NCBI RefSeq assembly: GCF_009914755.1 | Contig: NC_060930.1 | Source: the human T2T-CHM13v2.0 reference genome, Homo sapiens | Length of the DNA: 64,000 nt | Direction: 5' to 3' (one strand) | Shown here: positions 30,560-46,750 of the stretch, piece by piece | Numbering within the stretch: position 1 is the first letter of the stretch | Layout: every line of letters starts with the position of its first letter | Translations under genes and position numbers: made by a program | The notes under the pieces: generated by a model | The model's database searches: none | Told to the model about the DNA's origin: nothing | The model's input: the letters and a program-made list of their open reading frames with translations, nothing else

Positions 30560-31320
30560 TATAAAATACATGTTAATATTTATATACCAAACATCATGGT
30601 GGTTTAATAAACAAAATAAATTCTTCTAGAAAATCATGAAGAGCTAAAAATTTGTGCACAAAATTATGGTGTTAGATTTTAATACATTTTTTCAGAACTT
30701 AAACATCAGTAGATAAAAGAAATCAAAATGGTATTTGAAGATTGACTAAATGAGCTCAGTTTTTATTCATATAAATATACATATAGGTATATATGTGTTT
30801 GTATCTATACTCAAGACATTTTTCTATTATGTCCATAAAACACCAAACTAATCATATGTTAGACTGAATCACAGAGAACAGCCATTTTTATGGATCAAAG
30901 CAGTAAAATATTGGTAATTTCATACAATTTGATCTAATAATTATAAAAAAAATTTAAAGAAATATAATAAACTCTATAGATAGTAATCAATGAGACAAAC
31001 AAACAATAAAACCTCTCCTGCAAAAAACAAAGATTTTAAGAAACTAATAATCAAAACTAAAATTACAAGTTCATTAAAAAATTCAAGAAAGGAGGGGACA
31101 ACATAAAAATATATGGCATCTACATAAACTAAACTCAGAATAAATTGTATTCTTAAAATGTACAACAGCAAGTTTTAAAATCAATATATGAAATGTTAAA
31201 ATTAAGAAACTGGAAAAGTAGTAAATAACTTTAAAAAATAGAAGAAAGGAATTATTCAAGATAAAATTTTAAATTTGATCTTAAAACCTTAAGATTAAAA
31301 AAACAAAAATAGGGTAGTAG
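30560..31320 (+). mobile_element. Highly decayed L1M ORF2 (EN region) fragment
   Basis: A-rich sequence with remnants such as aatatttatataccaaac and gttagattttaatac. Confidence 0.5.
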
Positions 31321-31328
31321 GGAAAGAC

Positions 31329-31414
31329 AGAAGCAAACACCATATATATATATAGGTTTCTATATGTGTGTGTGTATATATATATATACAGAGAGAGAGA
31401 GAGAGAAGCAAACA

Positions 31415-31479
<65 letters not shown>

Positions 31480-31495
31480 TATTTACATATAGAAA
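31329..31495. repeat. Compound (TA)/(TG)/(GA)/(CA) microsatellite with duplicated anchor agaagcaaacacc
   Basis: Anchor occurs at 31329 and 31404; dinucleotide runs directly visible. Confidence 0.9.
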
Positions 31496-31507
31496 TAATA
31501 TTGATTG

Positions 31508-31800
<293 letters not shown>

Positions 31801-33343
31801 ATTGATTCTGGCATTGTGACCTTGAAATCTGTAACCTTGGTGAAGTTATTTAGTTATGATAACTTTTTACAGGTTCTTTAGTATCTTATATACATTTCTT
31901 CTTTTCCCATCTGTATTCCCTTCCTTTATTTTTTGTGTTAAACTAACTAGGACCTCTAGTGAAATGTTGAATTTAAAAAGTGAAAGTACTTAGTAACCTA
32001 TCCCCCGTAGGCTGTAGGTTGTAGGTTTCCTAGTCTAATTCTTTAATTACGTTTAGCAAATTATCTTCATTACTAATTTGCTAATAGTTTTCATCATGAA
32101 TTAATATTGAACTTTGCCAAATGCTTTCTCTGGACTGTTGAGATATGTTTTGTTTTATTCTTTTTGGTCTGTTAATGTGGTGAATTATTTTGATTGATTT
32201 TAGATGTTGAACTTATCTTGTGTTTCTGGGATAAATATACGTTAGCAATTAGATATTATTTTTTAAATATATTGTTGGAATCACCTTGTTAATATTTTGT
32301 TAAAGATGCTTACATCTACATTCATGAGAATGACCCCTTGTCACTGTTTTGTGTACAAGGCATCTCTCTTGTTTTTGTATCAGAGTAATACGGGCATCAA
32401 AAAATGTGTTGGGATACATTCCATCTCTTCTACTTTCTGGAAGAGTTTGTGTGGGGCTGGTATTATTTCCTCTCTATGTGTTTGTAGAGTTCTCTGGTGA
32501 AGCCATCTGGACCTGGATTTTCCTTGGAGGAAGGTTGTTAACCATGAATTCCATTTCCTTAATAAACACAGAGCTTTCAAGTAATCGATTTCTTCCTGTG
32601 TGAGCTTTGGGAATATATGTACTGTAAAGAATTAGTTTGTTTCATTTAATTTATTGAATTTATTGGCATATAGTTGCATAATATTCTCTTACCATCTTTC
32701 TATTGTCTGCTGGATGTGCTCTGATGTTCTTTTTGATTTATGATCTTGTTTGTTAATTGGTGCTTTCTTTGTTTCTTGATAATTCTAGCCTGAGGCTTAT
32801 CATTTTGTTGATATTAAAAACTACTTGTTGTTACACTGATTTTGTTCATTATTTTCTATTTTCTGTTTCATTGATCTCTGCTGTTGTCTTCACCATTTCC
32901 TTCCTTATGTTTACTTCCAGTTTAGTATCCTCATTTTTTCTTTCTAATTTAAGATGGAAGATCATAGTATTTATCTGAGACATATTTCCTTTTCTAATAT
33001 ATGCATTTAATGCTTTAAATTTCTCATTAGCATTTAGCTACACTACATAAATTTTGATATGTTGTGTGTTCATGTTCATTCATTACAGAATATTTTTATT
33101 CTCTGACTAATTTGAATTTTGGGTCCATTTTCTATTTATAAGTATGTATTTGTGTATTTTCTAGACATATTTCTAGTTTAATTCCAGTGTGCTCAGAGAA
33201 TATGTGTTGCATAATTTTATTTCTTAATTAGTTATTGAGATTTCTTTGATGGCCCAGAAAATAGTCTATCTCAGTGACTATTATCATGAATACTTCAAAA
33301 GAATGTGCGTTCCACTGTTGTTGGATAGAAAGTCTTATAAATG

Positions 33344-33641
33344 AACCAGGCACGGTGGCTAACGCCTGTAATCCCAGCACTTTGGGAGGCCAAGGCAGGT
33401 AGATCACGAGATCAGGAGATCGAGACCATCCTGGCTAACACGGTGAAACCCTGTCTCTACTAAAAATACAAAACAAATTAACCAGACGTGGTGGTGGGCA
33501 CCTGTAGTTCCAGCTACTCAGGAGGCTGAGGCAAGAGAAGGGTGTGAACCTGGGAGGCAGAGCTTGCAGTAAGCAGAGATCGCACCATGCACTCCAGACT
33601 GGGTGACCGAGGGAGACTCTGTCTCAAAAAAAAAAAAAAAA
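33344..33641 (+). mobile_element. AluY whose 3' TSD is split by a younger L1
   Basis: AluY diagnostics. The 5' flank aaagtcttataaatg (33329-33343) reappears intact only after the L1, at 39900-39914. Confidence 0.93.
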
Positions 33642-33645
33642 GTCT

Positions 33646-33872
33646 TTTTTTTTTATTTTTATTATTTTATTTATTTATTTATTTTTTAAATATAGATACA
33701 TCACAAATTTAGATTTTTATTATAATTTTATAACACAATTTTAGTACATAAATTTAAATCATACTAAACTTTTAAGAGCAAGTTATTTACATAGATTGAT
33801 CTAGTTGATTTTCCAGAATTTGAACCTTTTTATTATTTAAATTATTATTATTATTTTTTTTTCCATAACTTC
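33646..33872 (-). other. 3' transduced flank with additional poly(A) tails
   Basis: Non-L1 sequence lies between the L1 3' end and the TSD. Minus-strand AATAAA at 33716-33721 sits about 28 nt before the terminal A-rich tail. Confidence 0.85.
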
Positions 33873-34091
33873 TTTTTTTTATTATTATTATACTTTAAGT
33901 TTTAGGGTACATGTGCACAATGTGCAGGTTAGTTACATATGTATACATGTGCCATGCTGGTGCGCTGCACCCACTAACTCCTCATCTAGCATTAGGTATA
34001 TCTCCCAGTGCTATCCCTCCCCCCTCCCCCAACCCCACCACAGTCCCCAGAGTGTGATGTTCCCCTTCCTGTGTCCATGTGATCTCATTGT

Positions 34092-37908
<3,817 letters not shown>

Positions 37909-37971
37909 TATGATGTTAGCTGGTTATTTTGCTCGTTAGTTGATGCAGTTTCTTCCTAGTCTCGATGGTCT

Positions 37972-38988
37972 TTACATTTTGGCATGATTTTGCAGCAGCT
38001 GGTACCAGTTGTTTCTTTCCATGTTTAGTGCTTCCTTCAGAAGCTCTTTTAGGGCAGGCCTGGTGGTGACAAAATCTCTCAGCATTTGCTTGTCTGTAAA
38101 GTATTTTATTTCTCCTTCACTTATGAAGCTTAGTTTGGCTGGATATGAAATTCTGGCTTGAAAATTCTTTTCTTTAAGAATGTTGAATATTGGTCCCCAC
38201 TCTCTTCTGGCTTGTAAGGTTTCTGCCGAGAGATCCACTGTTAGTCTGATGGGCTTCCCTTTGTGGGTAACCCGACCTTTCTCTCTGGCTGCCCTCAACA
38301 TTTTTTCCTTCATTTCAACTTTGGTGAATCTGACAATTATGTGTCTTGGAGTTGCTCTTCTCGAGGAGTATCTTTGTGGCGTTCTTTGTATTTCCTGAAT
38401 CTGAACGTTGGCCTGCCTTGCTAGATTGGGGAAGTTCTTCTGGATAATATCCTGCAGAGTGTTTTCCAACTTGGTTCCATTCTCCCCATCACTTTCAGGT
38501 ACACCAATCAGACGTAGATTTGGTCTTTTCACATAGTCCCATATTTCTTGGAGGCTTTGCTCGTTTCTTTTTATTCTTTTTTCTCTGAACTTCCCTTCTC
38601 GCTTCATTTCATTCATTTCATCTTTCATAGCTGATACCCTTTCTTCCAGTTGATCGCATGGGCTCCTGAGGCTTCTGCATTCTTCACATAATTCTCGAGT
38701 CTTGTTTTTCAGCTCCATCAGCTCCTTTAAGCACTTCTCTGTATTGGTTATTCTAGTTACACATTCTTCTAAATTTTTTTCAAAGTTCTCAACTTCTTTG
38801 CCTTTGGTTTGAATGTCCTCCCATAGCTCAGAGTAATTTGATCGTCTGAAGCCTTCTTCTCTCAGCTTGTCAAAGTCATTCTCCATCCAGCTTTGTTCCG
38901 TTGCTGGTGAGGAACTGCATTCCTTTGGAGGTGGAGAGGCGCTCTGCTTTTTAGAGTTTCCAGTTTTTCTGTTCTGTTTTTTCCCCAT
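37972..38988 (-). CDS. L1 ORF1p RNA-binding protein, full-length 338 aa
   Basis: MGKKQNRKTGNSK...QNHAKM with no interruption; REKG, ARR and YPAKLS motifs retained. Confidence 0.95.
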   Translation of the reverse strand: MGKKQNRKTGNSKKQSASPPPKECSSSPATEQSWMENDFDKLREEGFRRSNYSELWEDIQTKGKEVENFEKNLEECVTRITNTEKCLKELMELKNKTRELCEECRSLRSPCDQLEERVSAMKDEMNEMKREGKFREKRIKRNEQSLQEIWDYVKRPNLRLIGVPESDGENGTKLENTLQDIIQKNFPNLARQANVQIQEIQRTPQRYSSRRATPRHIIVRFTKVEMKEKMLRAAREKGRVTHKGKPIRLTVDLSAETLQARREWGPIFNILKEKNFQARISYPAKLSFISEGEIKYFTDKQMLRDFVTTRPALKELLKEALNMERNNWYQLLQNHAKM

Positions 38989-39895
38989 CTTTGTGGTTTT
39001 ATCTACTTTTGGTCTTTGATGATGGTGATGTATAGATGGGTTTTTGGTGTGGATGTCCTTTCTGTTTGTTAGTTTTCCTTCTAACAGACAGGACCCTCAG
39101 CTGCAGGTCTGTTGGATTACCCTGCCATGTGAGGTGTCAGTGTGTCCCTGCTGGAGGGTGCCTCCCAGTTAGGCTGCTCAGTGGTCAGGGGTCAGGGACC
39201 CACTTGAGGAGGCAGTCTGCCCGTTCTCAGATCTCCAGCTGTGTACTGGGAGAACCACTGCTCTCTTCAAAGCTGTCAGACAGGGACATTTCAGTCTGCA
39301 GAGGTTACTGCTGTCTTTTTGTTTGTCTGTGCCCTGCCCCCAGAGGTGGAGCCTACAGAGGCAGGCAGGCCTCCTTGAGCTGTGGTGAGCTCCACCCAGT
39401 TCGAGCTTCCCAACTGCTTTGTTTACCTAAACAAGCCTGGGCAATGGCGGGCGCCCCTCCCCCAGCCTTGCTGCTGCCTTGCAGTTTGATCTCAGACTGC
39501 TGTGCTAGCAATCAGCGAGACTCCGTGGACGTAAGACCCTCCAATCCAGATGCGGGATATAATCTCGTGGTGTGCCATTTTTTAAGCCCGTCAGAAAAGT
39601 GCAGTATTCCAGTGGGAGTGACCCGATTTTCCAGGTGCCGTCCGTCACCCCTTTCTTTGACTAGGAAAGGGAAGTCCCTGACCCTTTGTGCTTCCCGAGT
39701 GAGGCAATGCCTCGCCCTGCTTTGGCTGGCGCACGGTGCACGCACCCACTGACCTGCGCCCACTGTCTGGCACTCCCTAGTGAGATGAACCCGGTACCTC
39801 AGATGGAAATGCAGAAATCACCCGCTCTGCGTCGCTCACGCTGCGAGCTGTAGACCGGAGCTGTTCCTATTTGGCCATCTTGGCTCCTCCTCTCC
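38989..39895 (-). promoter_or_regulatory. L1 5' UTR internal sense promoter and antisense promoter; YY1 core at 39873-39882
   Basis: About 900-bp GC-rich UTR; CAAGATGGCC near the 5' end, with the following CpG decayed. Confidence 0.85.
39444..39752 (+). CDS. L1 ORF0 (antisense ORF), 102-aa extended variant
   Basis: MAGAPPPALLLPCSLISDCCASNQRDSV matches the ORF0 N-terminus; good Kozak context (gcaATGg). Expression unknown. Confidence 0.6.
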   Translation: MAGAPPPALLLPCSLISDCCASNQRDSVDVRPSNPDAGYNLVVCHFLSPSEKCSIPVGVTRFSRCRPSPLSLTRKGKSLTLCASRVRQCLALLWLAHGARTH

Positions 39896-42279
39896 AAAAA
39901 AAGTCTTATAAATGTAAATTAAATGTAAATTCATTCATGATGGTTAATAGTATAATTCAAATTTTCTATATTCTTTTTTTTTACTTATATCAATTACCAA
40001 ATGAGTTATGTTTAAATCCCCAGGTATAATTGTGGATATGTTTATATCTCCTTTCATTTCTAGAAGTTCTTGTTTTATCTATTTTGATGTATTGTTATTA
40101 AATGTGTGCATATTTAGAATTTTTTTTCATTCTTGGCTTGACCCTCTTTTCATCATGTAACATCCCTGTTTAACCCTGCTTCTACTCTTTGTTCTAAAGT
40201 CTTCTTCATCTGATATTAATAAAGCCACTCCAGATTTCTTCTGATCAGGCTTGGATGGTATATCTTTTTTGAATTCTTTTACTTTCACCCTATGTATAAG
40301 TTTATATTAGGGTAGGTTTATTGTAGACCATTAGTAAGTGGGACTTACATATTTATCAAGTCTGGCAATCTCTGCCTTTTAATGGACATGATGAGATCAT
40401 TTACATTTAATGTAAATTTTATAGAATTGGGTTTAAACCTATTGTTAGGCTATCATTTGTGATTTTGATCTAATTTTCTTTGTCCTTTTCTCTTTTTCTG
40501 CTTCCTTTTTGGATTATGTTTATGATTCCCTTTTATTTCATTTATAGACTAGTTATACTTCTGTGTTTTATATTTTTAATGGTTGCTTCAGAATTAAAAT
40601 ATACTTTTATTTTCTTTTACATATTATGGTCTACTTGCAATTAATACTGTGTCAGTTTACATATAGCATAAAGACCTTTTAGTTACATTAAGTTTCCTCT
40701 CTCTCTTTCTTTGTACAATCTTTATCATATATTTTACTTGTAAAAATTTTGTAAATCCATAATACATTGTTAATATTTTTGTTTTAATATGTCAATTATC
40801 TTTCAAAGGGATTAAAAAGATCCAAAATGCATTGTAAAATTTATTATCAATTTTATAATTCTCAGTTTTTTTATTCCTTTGTGTAGATTCAGATTTCTAT
40901 ATATAATCATTTTCTTTAGTTTTGAAGCATTTCTCTTAAAAACAGTCCTTTTCTGTTGGCAATAAATTCTTTTTTTGCTTTTCTAAATAATTCTTTATTT
41001 CACTTAAGCTTTTGAAATTTATTTTTGTTGGATCTAGAATTTTAGGTTGACAAATTTTATTTTCTTCTGTCAGTAATTTACAATGTTGCACCATTGTGTG
41101 TTGGGCCTTATATAAGTTTCTGAATACAAGTCTTCTGTCATTCTCTGTTCTACTATACAAAATATCTATTTTTTTCTGGATGCCTTCAATATTTTATTTT
41201 TATCTTTGGATTTCAGCAGTTTGGCTATGATATGTCTGCATGAGTTTCTATTTATATTTACTTCATTTAGAATTTTCTGAGCTTTTTCAATTTGTGGTTT
41301 GTTGTATTTTATTACTTTTGCAAAATTCTCATCTATTATTCATTAGATATTTCTTCCATCATTTTTTCTCATTCTCTCTCCTTTTGGGACTCCATTTAAA
41401 AGTATGCTAGTTTGATATTGACCCATAGCTCCAACATGCTTTGTTCTTTTTGTCCCATTCTAATTTTAAATTTTTTTCTGTTTGAGTAAATTTTATTGAC
41501 TTATAATCAAGCTCACTGATTGTTTTCTCTATTGTAATCAGGTTGTAAATAAGCCCCTCAAAAAACTCCTCTGTTATCATGGTTTTCCTTTCTAGAGGTT
41601 TCATTTGATTCTTAAAACTCCTTTTCTGTTCATATATGTATTTTACCTTTTCCACTAGATTCTTTAGCATATTCATCATAATTACTTTGAAGTCCATTTT
41701 AGATAGTTCCAATGTCTGGCCTATCTCTGGGTCTGATTCTGTTGACTCTTTCATGTATTGAAAAATGGGCCCTTCCTTCTTATTTTTATATCTATCTTAT
41801 GGTATTTGATTGAGTGACAGATATTATGTGTAACAAAACAGTCAAAATGAGAAAACTGTATATATGTCCCAAATGGGTATGCCTCTTCAACTTTTAGGCC
41901 TTTAATGTGGGGGTTAAGTAGATCCGGTCAGTAGTTTTAAACCAGGGTTGAGTTTTCTTGTTGCCATAATTACTTTCAGTGTTTCATAGGCTTCAAATTC
42001 CCCCAATGGTAAATTGCTGATATCTTATGACTTGACTGAGATCAGGATGACCAGAGAATGGTTTTCATTGTTCCTCCTCCATCTTCTGTGCCACTGAAGC
42101 AGGTCTCTCCCAAGCTATCTCCATCCCTCTGCAATAGATTGCTATTTCTTGTTATTCAGGACAATACTTTGTGAGCAGAGAGTAGAGTTCTTGATTCTTC
42201 TGCTCCAGTGTCAGCATTTGGCAGAAACTGTGCATCTAAATTTCATGGGCAGGGCAGTCTCAGTGTGCCAGGCTGTCCT

Positions 42280-42573
42280 TTTTTTTGACTGGGACTCTCT
42301 CTGTCTTCTGTCACCCAGGCTGGTGTGACCATAGCTCACTGCAGCTTCGACTTCCCAGACTCAAGAGATCTTCCCACCTCAACCTGATGAGTAGTTGGGT
42401 CTACAGACATGTGCCACCATGGGCAGCTAATTTCTTTTTCTTTGCTCTTCTTTCTTTTTTTCTTTTTTGTAGAGATGAGGTCTTGCCATGTTGCCCAGGC
42501 TGGTCTTGAACTCCTGGGCTCAAATGATCTGCCAAAGTGCTGGGACTACAGGTGTGAGCCACAGCACCTTGCC
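42280..42573 (-). mobile_element. AluJ
   Basis: catagctcactgcagc, ttgcccaggctggtcttgaactcctgggctcaa (AluJ diagnostics); degraded. Confidence 0.85.
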
Positions 42574-43299
42574 CCCCTTTCTTAATGCAGGGTTTAGGTG
42601 CATTTGGTTTCCTGCTTTCACATTTCCCATGGCAACCAAATTCTGCCTTATATCATTTGGAGTCTTTAGTGTGAACAAACATTTGAGAAGCTGATCTGAC
42701 ATGATATATTTACAATACCTAGTGTGAATGTATAGAGTGACATATTTATAATACCTATAGTAAATGAAAAAAAAAAAGAAAATGTGAGATCCCATCTGAA
42801 AGAGTATAGATTTAAAACCTCATATCTTGGTCTTAATACTATAAATCCTTGAGACTATGCCGATTAAGGTTAGTCTAAATGTTTGAAGTTTTCATGTTTC
42901 TATATTGGACACTTGCTTGAACCACAATCTGTCAGGAGACAGATCAGGAACTTCAGATGCTCATGGTAGCTCAGAAGCACAGAGACTGATGTTTAGGGAG
43001 GTAATGCACGTCAACATTTTGAGCTTAAAACTTACCAGGAGTTTTCGCATTGTGAGATTCTAAGAGATTACCACAGAGTTTCTAGAGATGAAGCAGAGAT
43101 TCTTCTACCCTATGTTCCCCATGACAAAGTCCAGTTTTTAATAAAATTAGATTCCAATTCTACTAAAATGAGTTTTTCTCTATGGGTTCTATAACATACT
43201 TGATATGGCATGTGGAAGGAAATATGTTAAACTTTAAAAACTTCAAAGACTCTAACCTTTTAAATTTTGAGATTACTCTGATAAATGGAGGAGGCAGTT

Positions 43300-44100
43300 T
43301 TCCAGAGATTGGAAAAGGAAAAGGCAAGCCGATGAGAGACCCAGACAAAACGTTGAGAATTACAGGCAGATTTGGAAGAATTTGGGGCTGTATCAGCTGC
43401 TTTTTATTGAAAGAAAAAACATACCTAGCTGCTTTAGATGAGTTCAAGTTTCCAGGCACTGATGAATTTCATTTCGAAGTACAGAAAATACTTGCAGATA
43501 TGATTATATAATCAATGCTAGTCATTTAAGGAGTTGTGGATCAAAAAAGAGGATTAAGAATATGAGAGATGAATGAGCTTTTAATTTTCAAAGTTCAAGA
43601 AAGCAGTAAATTCTGACTGGAAATAACATGGGTTTAACATAAATTCTCAGTAAAATTTTACAGCTATTTATTAGGCATATGGCTAGTGACAACTGATAAA
43701 AGGAGTTCACTAAAAACATTATGAATTTTCTAAGAACATGTCTTATCAGCCAATTTAATTTTATTTCCTTTTAAACATAATGAAAATACAGTGTATTCTG
43801 AGGCATTAGACAAAGTCTCTCATGAATATATTGTAGACATGTGGAAATAAATGGTGAAGTTGATTTATGGTCTTGATTACAGGGTTCAGGTAGCTCTGTC
43901 TTCAGCTCTGCCCTGTTTAATATTTCATCAACAACTTAATTGAAGATAAACATGTCATGCTTAGCACATCTGGAGGCAGCAGAATTAGGAGAATGGTTAA
44001 CATGTTAAGTGGCAAAATCAGAAATCTAGAAGAACACAATAGCTAGAAATAACACATTGAGATGGTATCTAAACAAAGTAACATAAAATCCTTCATTAAA
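43300..44100 (+). mobile_element. L3/CR1 LINE ORF2 (RT) fossil
   Basis: LAALDEFKFPGTDEFHFEVQKILADMII parallels CR1 LD..KSPGPDGIHPRVLKELADVI; downstream gcattagacaaagtctctcatg and ctgtttaatatttcatcaac are RT remnants. Confidence 0.7.
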
Positions 44101-44454
44101 ATTTTAAAAAGTAAATCATATAGCCATACACAATTAACTTTGAGCCTAAAAACTATTTATTTACTTCTTTTTGTTTAGCATAAGCTTATACTGACACATA
44201 GGCTGGGAGCATTGCTTTTTTTTCTTTTCATTTTGCTTATTCCTCTAGTAAGTCTGCCTATATTAAGGCATTGCCCTTTGGAAGGGAACAATGCTTGTGA
44301 CAACGCACATTGGTGCTGGCTTGGCAGGAATCAGCGAGCCTGGTTTAGGTCAATTCAGTGACCCAGACTGTGGTTGGTCTTTTGGTAAAGGATTTACAAA
44401 ATAAGGACGTTTTTCCAAGTCCTGAGGTTCAATATTTTGAGCAATGGTAGGCAT

Positions 44455-44640
44455 AATCAGGGCCTCAGACCAAATCCAGTCTGCCTATTTTTATATGACT
44501 GGTAAGCCAAGAATGGCTTTGATGTGTTTAAATGACTGAAAAAGAAGATCAAAAGAATAATAATATTTTATGACACTTGAAAATATTTGAAATTAAAATT
44601 TAAGTGACTATAAATAAAGTTTTATTGGAATACAACCACC
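44455..44640 (+). mobile_element. MER58B-like hAT-Charlie DNA transposon fragment
   Basis: ccaaatccagtctgcct...aagaatggc...atcaaaagaataataatatttt...aataaagttttattggaa. Confidence 0.7.
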
Positions 44641-44889
44641 ATATTTTGCCGTTAATACATTAGGTCTTCTACTTCATTCTTAATGACCCTAGAGCATCCT
44701 TTTTTGGTGCCAAAAATATATGACGAATCTCTTAGAGTACCTTTATGCTTTTTGAAAATATTTTTGGAAATGCTTTTATAACCAGTGTCACTTGCAACAA
44801 ACTTCGCATGTTCATCAAAGTAACCAGATACAGACAGAAACTTCCTGAGCTCTATTTCTTACAAACTTTAAAGCTTTATTGGGTATAAT

Positions 44890-45180
44890 CAGACTAACTT
44901 CCATGTTTATACTTGGCTAACTCCTTCACCTTCTTCTTAAGAGGTCTTCCTTTGCCAACCTATTAAAATTACAATCTACCCAAACATCCATTCTTGAATT
45001 CTATAGCACTTACTACATTCTAATATACTCTATTTTTTGTTATTTATTACACTTATTGTTTATTATGTTTCCCTTTCCACTTTGGCGAGATATTTGTCTG
45101 TTTTATTTATCAGGTATCATAAAACCTGAAACAATGGTTGTTACACAGCAGTATTGAATAATTATCTGCTGAGTGAATAA
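44890..45180 (+). mobile_element. L2a 3' fragment
   Basis: ggctaactccttcacc...ctatagcacttact...tgagtgaataa. Confidence 0.6.
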
Positions 45181-46496
45181 AGAGAGCAAAATAGTTTATT
45201 GCTAGAAATCCTCCGTTTTCCTGAAGTAAAATGTAATTGTGACATCATGATTATGAAATCTATTTCTACCTTAAAACCAGGCAGAAAATTTCTGATTATT
45301 CCTGCCACATGCTCCATATTTCCTTAGAAAAGATTATTGTGTGCATTCCCAGGTTTTAATTTATCGGAGTCGCCACCAAAGAAATTATGCAGCTTTGTAA
45401 TTAAGTAGGGCATGTATATGCTTGCTTTTGTGGCAAGCATAAATCACAGTCTACCAACTTAGCTGTGCAAGTCTCTTTTCATTTTTTATAACTCAAATTA
45501 GTATCTAACCTCAAGCTACTGTTTTACTGATCTAGTAGAAAACTGAACGTCTGTCCATTTAGAGACAGAACCAAGACATTGGTAGAGAGTGAGCTGAGGG
45601 ACATTAGTTCTCCATCATAGATCTAGCAGATGCTATAGAGACCAACATCACCCATATCCGCCTTTCCTTTTCAGGTTCAGTGGTTGTGCACTGGGACCTA
45701 CGGCTCTATTGCAAGAATGTCTGTGACCAAAAGTACTGCTTAGGAAGGAAGATATAGCTTCTCTTTTATCTTCAGAACCATAGTCCTCTCTCTTGGTTCT
45801 ACCTAACCAGCTGCGAAAATCTCTTTTTAATCTTGGGTCTTTGGTTTTTCTAGACATTCTGTCTATGTCTTCAAATTCGTTTCTCCCTTTTAAATCGTCT
45901 TTAAATGTTCTAAGTTCTCCTAAGAGCCTAGGCTTTCAGAAAGCAAAAATCAGAGAGACTTCCATGTTATTTTGATTTTGACTCTGTCATACAGTTTCTC
46001 ATGGGCATGAACAGCTAGTGGCTTCTTTACAGAAAAAGGGAGAAAAATGGGGGAAAATAAAAACAATGATATCTCAAATTATACAACACTTATTTTTAAA
46101 ACTACCTTTACTCTGGTGAAAATCAATGCCTCAGTGAGGTTATTAAACTCTTCTCTTCCAGGCTTTGCTAAGTGATTTTTGTGTCGAACAGGTAAACTGT
46201 CAGATAAATTGGGTAGGCATTAAAAGATAATTTTGAACATTTCACTATTTTTTCAATCAAATAATTTTTAAAAATAGCTTCTTGCATGGTATTGATTATA
46301 GAGCCTTATTGATATAAACAATCCGAGCCATATTAAGAAGAAACAAAGCTTTATATAATTCAAGAGTAGTTTTAGTCTTAGGTGTTTTATGAAGACGGGA
46401 AGGCAATTTAAAGCGAAAACTACTTAGGCTTTAGGAAATTTTTCTGTGCTGGAAATTATTCCTTTGCCTAATTGTTATTGAAAACATCTTTTAAGC

Positions 46497-46528
<32 letters not shown>

Positions 46529-46620
46529 ATGTATATATACACATATGTGTGTGTGTATATATATATGCATGCTTAAAATACATATATATGCTTAAAATAC
46601 ATACACATGTATATATGTAT
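46497..46620. repeat. (TA)/(TG) compound microsatellite
   Basis: Directly visible; includes duplicated atgcttaaaatacata. Confidence 0.9.
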
Positions 46621-46750
46621 TTCTCAGAAAACTTTCCTTTGAACCATTTCTTGCTAAGGATTCACTTCCTTCAAATAAAGTTACATAACCTTTTCAGGAA
46701 AGGGAAAAAAGCAACTTCCCCCCTTCTCTAATGCTCATATCTAGCAATTC

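Noticed and set aside
43182-43511. 109-aa ORF as a new protein
   Set aside because: Its C-terminal part is a decayed CR1/L3 ORF2 remnant.
44257-44268. CArG (SRF) box cctatattaagg
   Set aside because: It has 8 A/T bases between CC and GG, not the required 6.
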